A stretch of DNA of 64,000 nucleotides from an uncultured Verrucomicrobiae bacterium (GCA_963719495.1 CAVRCI010000004.1:64001-128000); one strand, 5' to 3'; shown: positions 20,174-30,371, counted from the first letter of the stretch. Program-made: numbers and translations. Notes: a model not told the origin generated them from the letters alone.

Positions 20174-21418
20174 ATGCACGATGTCGCGATCATTGGGGGG
20201 GGGCCGGCTGGGAGCACGGCGGCGACTCTCCTCGCGAAGCGGGGTCGGTCGGTGGTCGTTTTCGAGCGGGAGAAGTTCCCGCGGTTTCACATCGGGGAGT
20301 CGATGCTGCCGTTTTCGATGTCGGCGTTGGACCGACTCGGGGTGACCGAGAAGGTGGCGGCGGCGGGATTTATGCCGAAGCACGGGGCGGAGGTGGCGGC
20401 GGGGTCCGGGGAGCGGGAGGTTCGGTTTTACTTCAAAAATGGGTTCCGGCCGGAGCGGGAGACGGCGCTTCAAGTGGAGCGGTCGCGGTTCGACGAGCTG
20501 CTGCTCGACCACTCGGAGGAGTGTGGAGCGGAGGTGCACGAGGAGACGAGCGTGCGGGCGGTGGATTGCTCGAAGGACGGGGTGCGGTTGACGGTGAGGG
20601 GGCCGGACGGGGCCGAGCGGGAGGTGGCGGCGAAGTATTTACTGGATTGCAGTGGGCGGAATGCAGTGGTGGGTCAGCAATTCGATCTCAAGCGGGTTTA
20701 TCCCAAGCTGAAGAAATTCGCGATTTTTGCGCATTACGACGGGGTGGCGATGCCGGACGGGGTGGATGGGACACTGACTCGGATGGTGCGGACTGAGGAG
20801 GCTTGGTTCTGGCTGATCCCGCTTTCGCGGACGCGGACGAGTATCGGGGTGGTGATGGACACGGCTCGTTACAAGGCGGCGGGAGTCGCTCCGGAGGTGA
20901 TGCTGACCCGGTTGATCGAGGAGACGCCGGTGATGCGGGAGCGGATGGGCGACGCGGTGCTGGCGTCGAAGGTTCACGCGAGTGGCGATTATTCCTACCG
21001 GAGCGACCGGTTGCACGGGGACCGGTGGTTGCTGGCGGGGGACGCGGCGGGGTTCATCGATCCGATTTTCAGCAGCGGGATCTTTCTGGCTTTGCTGGGG
21101 GGTGAGAAGGCGGCGGATGTCTTGGAAGCGGCTCTGGGCGATTCCCGGGTGGCGGGGCGGGAGTTTGCGGCTTATTCGAAGCAGCTTCGGTCGGTGATGA
21201 AGCTGTACCTGGAGTTTGTGAACGGGTGGTATCGGAAGGAGTTCGTCGAAACGTTGCTCAATCCGACGGAATTTTTCGACGTGGTGCCGGCGGTGAATGC
21301 GGTGCTGGCGGGGAATCTGGGGAATTCGTTCGCGATTCGGTGGCGGCTGTGGGTCTTCCGGGCGGTGGTGTCGGCGCAACGGGTGTTGCCGCTTTCGCCG
21401 CGGGTGTCGTTGGGGTGA
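20174..21418 (+). CDS. FAD-dependent oxidoreductase, flavin-dependent halogenase family
   Basis: GGGPAG, FPRFHIGES, WFWLIP (WxWxIP) and GDAAGFIDPIFSSG. Confidence 0.85.
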   Translation: MHDVAIIGGGPAGSTAATLLAKRGRSVVVFEREKFPRFHIGESMLPFSMSALDRLGVTEKVAAAGFMPKHGAEVAAGSGEREVRFYFKNGFRPERETALQVERSRFDELLLDHSEECGAEVHEETSVRAVDCSKDGVRLTVRGPDGAEREVAAKYLLDCSGRNAVVGQQFDLKRVYPKLKKFAIFAHYDGVAMPDGVDGTLTRMVRTEEAWFWLIPLSRTRTSIGVVMDTARYKAAGVAPEVMLTRLIEETPVMRERMGDAVLASKVHASGDYSYRSDRLHGDRWLLAGDAAGFIDPIFSSGIFLALLGGEKAADVLEAALGDSRVAGREFAAYSKQLRSVMKLYLEFVNGWYRKEFVETLLNPTEFFDVVPAVNAVLAGNLGNSFAIRWRLWVFRAVVSAQRVLPLSPRVSLG

Positions 21419-21435
21419 GGGGGGCGAAGGTCGGA

Positions 21436-21921
21436 ATGTCGAAGGTCGGAGGTCGGGTTTTGGCCGCTGGGGCGGCGGTTTTTTTGGTCGGGTGTTCGAC
21501 GGTGACTTTGCCGGAATTTACGCCGACGGAGTCCCGGCGGGCGGCGGTGAGTGTGAAGGGGGAGGTCGGATCGCTGGAGGCGCGCGGGGTCTTCGAGCGG
21601 GATCAGAGTGAGAACGTGCGGATCACGGTCGAGTCGGATGACGAGGTGATGCTGCGGCTGGCTCGGATTCCGGGTGGTTGGGCGGCGGTCGGGCCGCTGG
21701 CGAAGGGCGGATGGCAGGGACATCCGGATACGGCGCCGCCTTATTTGGCGGGATGGGTCGTGTTGGGGGAGGCGTTCGAGGCGGCGACGCACATGGACGG
21801 GCGGAAGGCGGAGTATCGGAACGGACGGCTGAGCGTGGTCTTCACCTTCGAGGAAGTGCACTTGAGTTCGATGGAGGTTCGGGCGATCGCGACCGGAGAG
21901 CGGTATCGGGTGAGGTTCTGA
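21436..21921 (+). CDS. Hypothetical lipoprotein
   Basis: Lipobox FLVG-C after a hydrophobic stretch. Confidence 0.7.
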   Translation: MSKVGGRVLAAGAAVFLVGCSTVTLPEFTPTESRRAAVSVKGEVGSLEARGVFERDQSENVRITVESDDEVMLRLARIPGGWAAVGPLAKGGWQGHPDTAPPYLAGWVVLGEAFEAATHMDGRKAEYRNGRLSVVFTFEEVHLSSMEVRAIATGERYRVRF

Positions 21922-21997
21922 TTTGATCCGGGGTTCGTCGAGCCGCGGACGAATGATCGTGCAACGCGTTGACGCTTAGGCGTAAAATCCACTCGGT

Positions 21998-22840
21998 ATG
22001 CAAAGCACGGCCAACTTGTGGGAGCAGCTTTGCCGGGATCTCGAAGCGAGACGGTCGGCGGAAGGTGCCGAGCAGCGGGGTGCTGCGGCGCGCTCGTTCG
22101 AGGACGCCGCCAAGCAGGTCTTTGCCGCGAACAGCCCCCGGCTGCAGGATGCGTTGGAGATCACCGGCGACATTCATCAGGCGAACGGCACGACGGAGGA
22201 TGCGATGCGTTGCTTCGGCGAGGCGCTGCGGATGGCACGGGGGATCAAGAGCTACGAGGCGGTCGCCCGGATCGCGACGAAGCTGGCGATGATCTCGGAG
22301 GGCGTCGTCGACGCGAAGACGACGGTGCGTTTTTACGTGTTGGCGATCGAGGCGATGGAGCTGGCGCACACGCGCTCGCAGTTGCCGACGATGTTGAACA
22401 ATCTCGCTTCGCTGCACAAGCGGACGGGCGATCTCGAGGCGTGCAAGCGGACCTATCGTCGGGCGCTCCGGGAGGCGGAGGGGGTGCACGGCCCGAACCA
22501 TCCGGAGTCGGCGCTGATTGCCAACAACTTCGGCGTCGCGCTCACGGAGATCGGTCAGCACGACGCGGCGGAGGATTATCTGCTGCGATCGTTGGGGATC
22601 CGCGAGCGGAGTTACGGCGGGCGGCACCCGGAGGTGGCGCAATCGATGGCGAATCTGGCGGCGGTCTACGCCGGGCGGAAGCTTTACCCGCAGGCGGAAA
22701 ATTATTACCGGGCGGCGATGGATACGTTGTCCAGCTTCCGTGGGCCGGAGGATCCCGAGATGGTGGCCATCCGGCGGGACTACGAGAATCTGCCACCGGT
22801 GCGGCTGCGAGGACTCTCGAAGACGCGGAAGATGGCGTGA
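21998..22840 (+). CDS. Tetratricopeptide repeat protein (kinesin-light-chain-like TPRs)
   Basis: LNNLASL, GPNHPESA..NNFG and HPEVAQSMANLA repeats. Confidence 0.88.
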   Translation: MQSTANLWEQLCRDLEARRSAEGAEQRGAAARSFEDAAKQVFAANSPRLQDALEITGDIHQANGTTEDAMRCFGEALRMARGIKSYEAVARIATKLAMISEGVVDAKTTVRFYVLAIEAMELAHTRSQLPTMLNNLASLHKRTGDLEACKRTYRRALREAEGVHGPNHPESALIANNFGVALTEIGQHDAAEDYLLRSLGIRERSYGGRHPEVAQSMANLAAVYAGRKLYPQAENYYRAAMDTLSSFRGPEDPEMVAIRRDYENLPPVRLRGLSKTRKMA

Positions 22841-22844
22841 TTTG

Positions 22845-22885
22845 GATTCTCGATTCTCGATTTTCGATTTTCGATTTTGGATTTG
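22845..22885 (+). repeat. Heptamer tandem repeat (GATTCTC/GATTTTC/GATTTTG) x5-6
   Basis: GATTCTC GATTCTC GATTTTC GATTTTC GATTTTG GATTTG. Confidence 0.85.
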
Positions 22886-24123
22886 TGAGTTGGTCGCGTG
22901 CCGTGGGCTGGGGATTGATCGGGGTGGCGGTGTGCCTCGTTGGATGCGGAAAACCCGTCGAGCGCGGGGGCGACGGGGTGGTCCTGAGTGTGCTGATGGA
23001 GCCGGATGGGCGGGGGGCTTGGCGGGAGTTGTTCGATCGATTCGAGGCGGGGCACCCGGGGGTGCGGGTGAATCTGGTGGAGGGGCCGGCGGCGACGGAT
23101 TCGCGCGAGGATCTCTACGTGAACGCGCTGCTGTCGGGGAGTGACGACTACGATCTGGTCTACGCCGACGTGATCTGGGTGCCGAAATTCGCGGCGGCTG
23201 GTTGGCTGGAGGATTTGACGGGGTATTGGGACGAATGGGACGATTTCGTGCCGGCGGGCATCGCGGGCGCGACGGTCGGTGGGAAAATTTACCGGGTGCC
23301 GACGCAGCTGAATGGCGGGTTGCTCTACTACCGGAAGGATTGGTTGGCGGAGATCGGGGTCGAGCCGCCGCGGACGTTCGACGAACTGACCGGGATCTCG
23401 GAGCGGCTTCGGGAGGAGGGTCGCTGGGGCTACGTGTGGCAGGGGAAGCAATACGAGGGGCTGGTGTGCAACTTCGTCGAGGTGCTGCGGGGATTTGGCG
23501 GGTATTGGATCGATCCGGAGACCGGCGCGATTGGCTTGGAAGACCCGGCGGCGGTGGCGGCGCTCACGTGGTTGCGGGACAGCGTGGGGACGATCTCGCC
23601 GCCGGGGGTGACGACCTACGCGGAGGAGGAGAGTCGTTTACTCTTTCAGGGCGGGGGCGCGGTTTTTCTGCGGAACTGGCCTTACGTTTACAAATCGCTG
23701 GCGGCGGATGGGTCGGAGATGCTGAACAAGGTGGGGATCGTCCCGATGCCGGCGACGCCGGAGGGTGAGTCGGCGGCGACGTTGGGCGGGGCGGGTTTTG
23801 CGATCGTGGAGTCGAGTGCGGCGAAGGGGGCGGCTTGGGATTTGATCGAGTTCGTGAGTTCGCCGGAGTCGGTGCGGTTCATGAACGACCGGATCGGATT
23901 GCAGCCGGCTCGGCGGAGCTTTTACGAGGAGACGAGCGATCCGGTGCAGCGGGAACTTTACGAGGTGCTCCGGCGGACGACGCCGCGGCCGCAGATCGCG
24001 CAATACGCGCAAGCGTCGGACATTCTGCAGCGGCACTTGAGCGCGGTGATCACCGGGCAGGCGGCGCCGCGGGAGGCGCTCGCGGCGGCGGCGGGGGAGA
24101 CTCGGTTGTTGTTGGGGCGGTAG
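22885..24123 (+). CDS. Carbohydrate ABC transporter substrate-binding lipoprotein
   Basis: Lipobox CLVG-C, DVIWVPKFA, LLYYRKD, QGKQYEGL, RNWPY and TLGG. Alternative GTG start at 22837. Confidence 0.9.
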   Translation: MSWSRAVGWGLIGVAVCLVGCGKPVERGGDGVVLSVLMEPDGRGAWRELFDRFEAGHPGVRVNLVEGPAATDSREDLYVNALLSGSDDYDLVYADVIWVPKFAAAGWLEDLTGYWDEWDDFVPAGIAGATVGGKIYRVPTQLNGGLLYYRKDWLAEIGVEPPRTFDELTGISERLREEGRWGYVWQGKQYEGLVCNFVEVLRGFGGYWIDPETGAIGLEDPAAVAALTWLRDSVGTISPPGVTTYAEEESRLLFQGGGAVFLRNWPYVYKSLAADGSEMLNKVGIVPMPATPEGESAATLGGAGFAIVESSAAKGAAWDLIEFVSSPESVRFMNDRIGLQPARRSFYEETSDPVQRELYEVLRRTTPRPQIAQYAQASDILQRHLSAVITGQAAPREALAAAAGETRLLLGR

Positions 24124-24146
24124 GGGTGCGGGGTTGGTTCGTGGCG

Positions 24147-24205
24147 GGTGACTGGTGACTGATGAGGTGAGAAGCCAGAGATGTTTCGCTTCGCTCAACA
24201 TGACA
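24147..24205 (+). repeat. Repeat family B (GAGGTGAGAAGCCAGAGAT..TTCGCTTCGCTC..ATGACA), copy 1
   Basis: Near-identical copies at 43384-43439 and 53244-53285. Confidence 0.9.
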
Positions 24206-24245
24206 GCGGGGTTGGGGGACTTCGGCGGCTGGCAGGCGCCGCTCC

Positions 24246-25637
24246 TTGAAGTCGGTGGTTGTTCTGGGTTATGGCGGGGTGGTGTTGGGACGGGATGGGT
24301 TGAATCGGCGGAATCTGCGGATTGGTATTTGGGATGGGGTGTTGGCGACGCCCTGGGTGTTTGTCGCGGTGCCGGGGAACTTCGTGGTCGCGGCTTTGCT
24401 GACGCAATACTTCGGGATCGAGAAGGCGGCCTACGGGGCGATCGCCTCGCTGCCGGCGTGGAGTAACGCGGTGCAAATCCTGGTGATCGCGTGGCTATCG
24501 CGCTTTCTGACGCCGCGCGATATGACGCTGGGATTGGGTTGGTTCAACGTGGGGCTTTGGAGCGTGCTGGCCGTGGTGTTGGGTTTTCTGCCGACGGGGG
24601 ACGCGGCGGGAATCGCGACGTTTTTCTTCGGATTCTTCGTGCTGGCGAGCCTGAGTCAGTCGTTCCTGGCGGTCGGCTGGATGTCGTGGGTGAACGATTG
24701 GGTGCCGGCGGCGGTGCGGGGGGCGTATTTCGGGCAGCGCAACCGGGCGACGAGCCTGATCACGGTCGCGTTTCTGCTGGCGGCCATCGGTTTGTTTTCG
24801 GTCGCGGAGGATGCGTTGTGGCCGTATCAGGCGCTGATCGGGACGGCGGTGGTGTTGCGGTGCTGGAGTCTGCTATGGCAGTACGGGATCCGGGGACGAT
24901 CGGAATCGCTTGCGGCCGAGCGGACGGATTGGTTCGGCGACATTCGGATGAGCCTAAAATCGCCGGGGCTGTTGGTTTTCATCGTCTTTTCGGCGTGGTC
25001 GAACTTCTGGCTGGGATTTGTCGGACCGTTTCTACCGGTTTACAGCCTGGAGAAGCTCGGGATGTCGGCGAGTGGCTTCACGGCGCTGGTCGTGGCCAGC
25101 ACGTTGTCGGGAATGGTTGGCTACGCGTATTGGGGGAAACTGGCGGACCGGTGGGGTTCAAAGCCGATCCTCGTCGGGGGGCTGGTGGTGTGGCAGTTGC
25201 AGAATTACCTGTGGCTCGTGGTCACGAAAGACTCGACGTGGCTGTTGGTGCCGATGTGGCTGTGGGGGGGATTCTTCAGCGTCGCGTATCTGCTGGGGAG
25301 CTTCAATTTGCTCCTGAAACTGTTGCCGTCGCGGGCGAAGCTGGCGGCCACGAGCCTGTTCGTCGCGGTGACGTCGGTCACGGCGGGGCTGGCGCCGGTG
25401 GTCGCGGGGTCTTTGTTGAGCCACTTTGGCGACCGGCTGGAGGTCTATTGGGTTGGGTTCGCGATTCAGCCGACCGCAATTCTGGTGGGACTCTTCATTC
25501 TGCGATGGGTGAAGGAGCCGACGCGGCGGGGGGTGAACAGCTCGCCGGGGACGTTCCGGACTCTGCGGCAATTGATCGCGATGAGCGGACCTGGATTTTT
25601 GGCGAATCTGACCTCGCTGGGGAGGCGGCGTAAATGA
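24246..25637 (+). CDS. MFS transporter
   Basis: About 12 TM segments and WGKLADRWGSK. The true start is probably a downstream GTG/TTG (24279-24300). Confidence 0.88.
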   Translation: MKSVVVLGYGGVVLGRDGLNRRNLRIGIWDGVLATPWVFVAVPGNFVVAALLTQYFGIEKAAYGAIASLPAWSNAVQILVIAWLSRFLTPRDMTLGLGWFNVGLWSVLAVVLGFLPTGDAAGIATFFFGFFVLASLSQSFLAVGWMSWVNDWVPAAVRGAYFGQRNRATSLITVAFLLAAIGLFSVAEDALWPYQALIGTAVVLRCWSLLWQYGIRGRSESLAAERTDWFGDIRMSLKSPGLLVFIVFSAWSNFWLGFVGPFLPVYSLEKLGMSASGFTALVVASTLSGMVGYAYWGKLADRWGSKPILVGGLVVWQLQNYLWLVVTKDSTWLLVPMWLWGGFFSVAYLLGSFNLLLKLLPSRAKLAATSLFVAVTSVTAGLAPVVAGSLLSHFGDRLEVYWVGFAIQPTAILVGLFILRWVKEPTRRGVNSSPGTFRTLRQLIAMSGPGFLANLTSLGRRRK

Positions 25638-26053
25638 GCGGTGCGCTCGATGGTCGGATGGACGGAACGCTGCTCGCGGTGCGGGGCGCGATGGCGGCCG
25701 TGTGGCTCTACAACGGGCTTTGGCTGAAGTGTCTCGTGCGTGATCCGCACCATTTGGAGATCGTCGCGGCGGCCGTGGGTGGGACGGGTCTTGCTGCCGG
25801 GACGGCGCTGAGCTTGATCGGGGCGGGCGAAACTTTGCTGGCGGTGGGCATCTTGTCGGGAATCTGGTGGCGGTTTGTGAATGGATTTCAAATCGGACTG
25901 CTGGTGCTGATGAATGGCTTGGGGATCGTGTTTGGCGGCGGGGCGATTGAGCGGCCGATGGGGTTGGTAATTTCGAATCTGCCGCTGGTGGCATGTGCCG
26001 CGATGGTTCTGGTGCGGGGGCCGGGAAAATTTCGGTTGGGTCGTGGAGCTTGA
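25634..26053 (+). CDS. DoxX-like family membrane protein
   Basis: AAVWLYNGLWLK, IGAGE..LAVGILSG and Q..LLVLMN. Confidence 0.75.
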   Translation: MSGALDGRMDGTLLAVRGAMAAVWLYNGLWLKCLVRDPHHLEIVAAAVGGTGLAAGTALSLIGAGETLLAVGILSGIWWRFVNGFQIGLLVLMNGLGIVFGGGAIERPMGLVISNLPLVACAAMVLVRGPGKFRLGRGA

Positions 26054-27050
26054 ATATTGGCGCCGGCCGCGGCTGATGTTCGGTCAGGTCCGGGAGGACG
26101 TGGGTGTCGAGCGGTGGCTGGTCTCGCGGCACGGGGCGGTGGGTCGCGCGGTGGTGATCGCTTCGGCGGGATGCACGGCGATCTCGCTGCTGGATCTGGT
26201 GAGCGAGCGGCTTACCGCGGTCGACATCAATCCGGCGCAGGTCGAGTTCGTCCGGTGGAAGGTCGAGTTGATGCGGCGAGTCGAGCTTGGGAAATTTCGG
26301 CGGGAACTGTTCGACGGGCGGAGAGCGCGGGCGAACTCCGGAATCGTTGATCGAATCCTCGCCACGCTGCGGTGGCTGCTCCACGTGGGGGTGCATTCCC
26401 GTGGTTTTGTGGAGGATTTCCTGCGGATGGATTCGGTGCCGAATCAGGCGCGGCGTTTCGACGCGGAGTGGGATACTTGGCGGTGGCGGCTGGCGACGGA
26501 GGTGGCTTTCAACCCATTGGCGCTGCGCGCGGGCTACGGCGGCGAGGTGGCTCGGGCGCTACCGGGGTCGTTGGCGCAACTGGTCCGGTCGCGCGTGCGA
26601 CGGACGCTGACCGGATTCCCGGCGAACTCGAATGGTTACGCCTGGCAGTCGCTGGCGGGGAGGCCGGGTGCGGGTGAAGCTGGCTTGCCGTATTTCGCAC
26701 GGGAGGCGGAGTATGCGCGGCTTAGGGCCAGATTGGGGAAGCTGGATTTTGCGTGCGCGGACGTCGCGGCTTGGCTGCGGGGGCAGCCGGCGGAGTCGAT
26801 CGATTTCTTCGGTCTCTCGAACGTGCTGGAACTCACGGGCGCGGAGCGCACGCGCGGCTTGTTGCGGGAAGTCGAACGGACCGCGCGGAGCGGCGCGGTG
26901 GTCTGCCTGCGGTCGATCCTGCCGGTGAGCGCGACGGACCCGGGATGGCTGGTTGGAAGGCTGCGCTGGGACGAGCGGGCGAGTCAGGAAGCGGAGCGGC
27001 GCGACGAAGGACTGGTTTGCAATTTTTTCCGAATCCTGCGGGCGGATTGA
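26043..27050 (+). CDS. DUF3419/BtaA-family SAM-dependent (aminocarboxypropyl) transferase
   Basis: FGQVRED..VE, IASAGCTA, AVDINPAQ and DFFGLSNVLE. Start uncertain. Confidence 0.8.
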   Translation: MELEYWRRPRLMFGQVREDVGVERWLVSRHGAVGRAVVIASAGCTAISLLDLVSERLTAVDINPAQVEFVRWKVELMRRVELGKFRRELFDGRRARANSGIVDRILATLRWLLHVGVHSRGFVEDFLRMDSVPNQARRFDAEWDTWRWRLATEVAFNPLALRAGYGGEVARALPGSLAQLVRSRVRRTLTGFPANSNGYAWQSLAGRPGAGEAGLPYFAREAEYARLRARLGKLDFACADVAAWLRGQPAESIDFFGLSNVLELTGAERTRGLLREVERTARSGAVVCLRSILPVSATDPGWLVGRLRWDERASQEAERRDEGLVCNFFRILRAD

Positions 27051-27068
27051 TCGTTGATCGTCGTCCGG

Positions 27069-27554
27069 CTACTTCCGACCGCCGTGGAATTCGACGACGG
27101 TTTCGCCGAGGGTCACTTCCGCGGTGAGGGCTCCGCCGCCGACGAGACGAATCGTGCCGGTGGTGGTGAGATCGCCGTTGGTGGCCGAGAAGGTGATGCG
27201 GCGGTTTTTGAGCGTGTAGGTGCCGGTCGCGCCGAGTCCGCGGCGGGTGGGATCGATCGTGTTGGCCGTGAAGGTGCCGCCGGGCAGGAACGTGAATTTG
27301 GTGCGCACGTTGGATTTGACGCCCGTCTCGTCGTAGAACGTGTTGATCCAGATGAATCGGGCGGTGCTGCCGCTGCCGTTCGAGCGCATGATGATCCTGC
27401 TCGCGCCGCCGTTTTGGACGTCCGGGCCGACGACGTTGTAGCCGCCGTCGTAGCGGGCGGCGAATTTCTTGAAGCCGGTGCGGTCGCCAGCGTGGGCGGG
27501 CGCGACGATGGCGAGCGCGAAGCCGAGGAGAAAAATACGGGAGAGCTTTTGCAT
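27069..27554 (-). CDS. Hypothetical secreted beta-rich protein
   Basis: Signal peptide ending AHA, with host-like codon usage. Confidence 0.7.
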   Translation of the reverse strand: MQKLSRIFLLGFALAIVAPAHAGDRTGFKKFAARYDGGYNVVGPDVQNGGASRIIMRSNGSGSTARFIWINTFYDETGVKSNVRTKFTFLPGGTFTANTIDPTRRGLGATGTYTLKNRRITFSATNGDLTTTGTIRLVGGGALTAEVTLGETVVEFHGGRK

Positions 27555-27602
27555 GGACGTTCCGAAAGGGTAGTTAGTTTCCGACCGATGGTCAAACGGC
27601 GG

Positions 27603-28376
27603 CTACTTTTTCTCGATGAGGGCGTAGGCGTTGTGATTGTGGATCGACTCGAAATTCTCGGCTTCGACGCGATACCAGAGGATGTTCGCGTCGGCGTCGC
27701 AGCGGACGGCGACGTTGCGGACGAGGTCCTCGACGAAGACGGGATTAGCGTAGGCGCGCTCGGTGACGGCTTTTTCGTCGGGTCGTTTGAGCAGGCTGTA
27801 GAGCTCGCAGCTGGCGCTGTCCTCGACGAGGCGGATCATGTCCTCGATCCACATGGGTTGGTCCGTGCGGACGGAGAGGGTGACGAGGCCGCGTTGGTTG
27901 TGGGCGCCGGCGGAGGATATGGCCTTGGAGCAGGGGCAGAGGGTGGTGACGGGAACGAGCGCGGTGACGATGAATTCGGTGCGGCCGGCCTCGAGCGTCG
28001 CGCTGAAGCGGGCCGTGTAGTCGAGGAGGCCAAGGGCGCCGGTGACGGGTGCCGGTTTTTCCAGGAAGAAGGGGAATTCGAAATCGACGTGGGCGTTCTC
28101 GGAATGCAGTCGCTCGGTGAGTTGGTGGAGGATGTCGGTGATGTTGTCGACGTGGAGGAGTGGGCCGTGGGAGTTGAGCACTTCGACAAAGCGGCTCATG
28201 TGGGTGCCCTTGTGCTGGTGGGGGAGATCGACCGTGAGCGCGGCGGTGGCGATGGTGTTTTGGACGGCGCGTGCCTTGTCGCGGATCTGGATCGGGAAGC
28301 GGAGGGCGCGAACGCCGACGCGGTCGATGGCGATCTGGCGGGTATCGGGTTCGCTCTGGGTGTCGGTTAGACTCAT
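27603..28376 (-). CDS. folE2: GTP cyclohydrolase I type B (FolE2)
   Basis: KGTHMSRF, TTLCPCSKAIS, GAHNQR, LKRPDEK, FVEDLVR and ESIHNHNA. Confidence 0.96.
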   Translation of the reverse strand: MSLTDTQSEPDTRQIAIDRVGVRALRFPIQIRDKARAVQNTIATAALTVDLPHQHKGTHMSRFVEVLNSHGPLLHVDNITDILHQLTERLHSENAHVDFEFPFFLEKPAPVTGALGLLDYTARFSATLEAGRTEFIVTALVPVTTLCPCSKAISSAGAHNQRGLVTLSVRTDQPMWIEDMIRLVEDSASCELYSLLKRPDEKAVTERAYANPVFVEDLVRNVAVRCDADANILWYRVEAENFESIHNHNAYALIEKK

Positions 28377-28473
28377 GGTGTGGCGGGCGATAGGAAATCA
28401 GGAACGCGCGGGCGCGGACAATATCCGTTTTCCAAACGTCCGGTGGGTCGGGTAGGATACGATCCAGAACGCA

Positions 28474-29028
28474 ATGCCGATCCCTCCCCGAGAATCCACC
28501 ATCGACGATGACGCTGTCCGGACCGCGACCGGCAAGGGCTGGGAGGAATGGTTCGCGCTGATGTTGGGAGCGGGGCTGGCCGCGGGGTCGGGGGAAGTGA
28601 CGGATTGGCTGGACCGGGAACACAGCGTGCCGAGCTGGTGGCGGCAGGCGATCGCGTCGGAGTTCGAGCGCACGGTCGGGCAAGAAAGCCGCCGGGAGAT
28701 GCCGGATGGGTTCGAAGTGGAGGTTGCGGCGACGCTGGCGGCGGGGCGTGAAGCGGTTTACCGACTCTGGGCGGAGGATGACGTGCGGATCAAGTGGTTG
28801 CGGCGGGCGGACATGAAGGTCACGGATCTCCGGCCGACGGAACGTGTGCGGGCGCGTTGGTTGCCGCTGGACTCGGAATTGGAGGTGTCGCTGAACGGGG
28901 TCGAGGGGGGATCTGGCACGGAGTTGCTTCTGCGCCACTGGAAGCTGCCGAGCGCGCAGGCGGCGGAGAAGTTGGAGCGTTTCTGGAAAATGGCGCTTGA
29001 TCGGATGCGGCGCCAACTGGGGAAATAG
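28474..29028 (+). CDS. Conserved hypothetical protein (DUF4287-like N-terminus with SRPBCC-like domain)
   Basis: DDAVRTATGKGWEEWF, H.VPSWWRQAI and H.KLP......FWK.AL. Confidence 0.7.
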   Translation: MPIPPRESTIDDDAVRTATGKGWEEWFALMLGAGLAAGSGEVTDWLDREHSVPSWWRQAIASEFERTVGQESRREMPDGFEVEVAATLAAGREAVYRLWAEDDVRIKWLRRADMKVTDLRPTERVRARWLPLDSELEVSLNGVEGGSGTELLLRHWKLPSAQAAEKLERFWKMALDRMRRQLGK

Positions 29029-29032
29029 GGTG

Positions 29033-30313
29033 ATGCGGTTGTCGAGCAGAGTGGCGGAGCGGGGCGGGGCGGTTACCGATGGAGAGATCCGGGAGTTCGT
29101 GGCGGCGGCGGCGGCGGAGTTGGCGGCGGCGGGCCAGCGGATACTGGTGATCGTGCCGGACGCGACGCGGACGGCTCCGGTCGGGCCGGTCTTCAAGGCG
29201 TTGCACGACGCGGTGGCGGGCGAGGCGGCGGCGTTCGACGTGATGGTGGCGCTCGGGACGCATCCGCCGATGAGCGAGGCGGGGATTTGTTCGCGGCTGG
29301 AGATCACGGAGGAGGAGCGGCGGACGCGCTACGGCAAGGTCGAGCTTCTCAACCACGATTGGGACAACGACGACGCGCTCAAGGTGATTGGGACGATTCC
29401 GGCGGCGGAGATCGCGGCACTGTCGGGGGACCGCTTCGCGATGGACGTGGAGGTGCGGATCAATCGGCGGGTGCTCGACTACGACCGGATCGTCATCATC
29501 GGGCCCGTCTTCCCGCACGAGGTGGTGGGTTTTTCCGGTGGGAATAAATACCTCTTCCCGGGAGTGAGCGGGCCGGAAGTGCTGAATTTTTTCCATTGGC
29601 TGGGCGCGGTGATCACGAATCCGATGATCATTGGGAGCAAGTGGACGCCCGTGCGGCGCGTGGTGGATCGGGCGGCGGCGTTGGTGCCGGTGGAGAAGCT
29701 GTGTTTTTGCCTGGTGGTGAGCGGGAAGAATCTGGCGGGGATTTATGCGGGGACGCCGGAGGAGGCGTGGGACGCGGCGAGTGACCTGTCGGCGCGGGAT
29801 CACGTGCTCACGGTGCCGCGCCCCTTCCACACGGTGCTCTCGCGGGCTCCGGCGATGTATGACGAGCTGTGGGTGGGCGGCAAGTGCATGTATAAACTCG
29901 AGCCGGTCGTCGCGGACGGGGGTGAGCTGATCATTTACGCGCCGCACATCCACGAGGTGTCGACGGTGCACGGGGGGACCATTCGGCGGATCGGATACCA
30001 CTGCCGGGATTATTTTTTGAAGCAGTGGGAGGCGTTTAAGGACGAGTCGTGGGGCGTGCTGGCGCACTCGACGCACGTGCGGGGGATCGGGACGTTCGAG
30101 GATGGCGTGGAGCGGTGCCGGATCCGGGTGACGCTCGCGACCGGGATTCCGGAGGAGGTTTGTCGGGAGATCAATCTCGGGTATCGCGATCCGGCGACAA
30201 TCCGGGTCGAGGACTTCGAGGGGCGGGAGGGTGAGGGGGTGCTCTACGTGCCGAAGGCGGGCGAGATGTTGTATCAGCTCGAGGACAAGCCGGAGTGGGC
30301 GGACGCGGGGTGA
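29033..30313 (+). CDS. Lactate racemase (LarA/DUF2088) domain protein
   Basis: VIVPDATRT, ALGTHPPM, NHDW, PHEVVGFSGGNKY.FPG and VVADGGELII. Confidence 0.9.
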   Translation: MRLSSRVAERGGAVTDGEIREFVAAAAAELAAAGQRILVIVPDATRTAPVGPVFKALHDAVAGEAAAFDVMVALGTHPPMSEAGICSRLEITEEERRTRYGKVELLNHDWDNDDALKVIGTIPAAEIAALSGDRFAMDVEVRINRRVLDYDRIVIIGPVFPHEVVGFSGGNKYLFPGVSGPEVLNFFHWLGAVITNPMIIGSKWTPVRRVVDRAAALVPVEKLCFCLVVSGKNLAGIYAGTPEEAWDAASDLSARDHVLTVPRPFHTVLSRAPAMYDELWVGGKCMYKLEPVVADGGELIIYAPHIHEVSTVHGGTIRRIGYHCRDYFLKQWEAFKDESWGVLAHSTHVRGIGTFEDGVERCRIRVTLATGIPEEVCREINLGYRDPATIRVEDFEGREGEGVLYVPKAGEMLYQLEDKPEWADAG

Positions 30314-30371
30314 CCGCGGATGAACGGACCGCAGATGACGCGGATTTCGCAGATGTGAGGATGAGCGGCGA

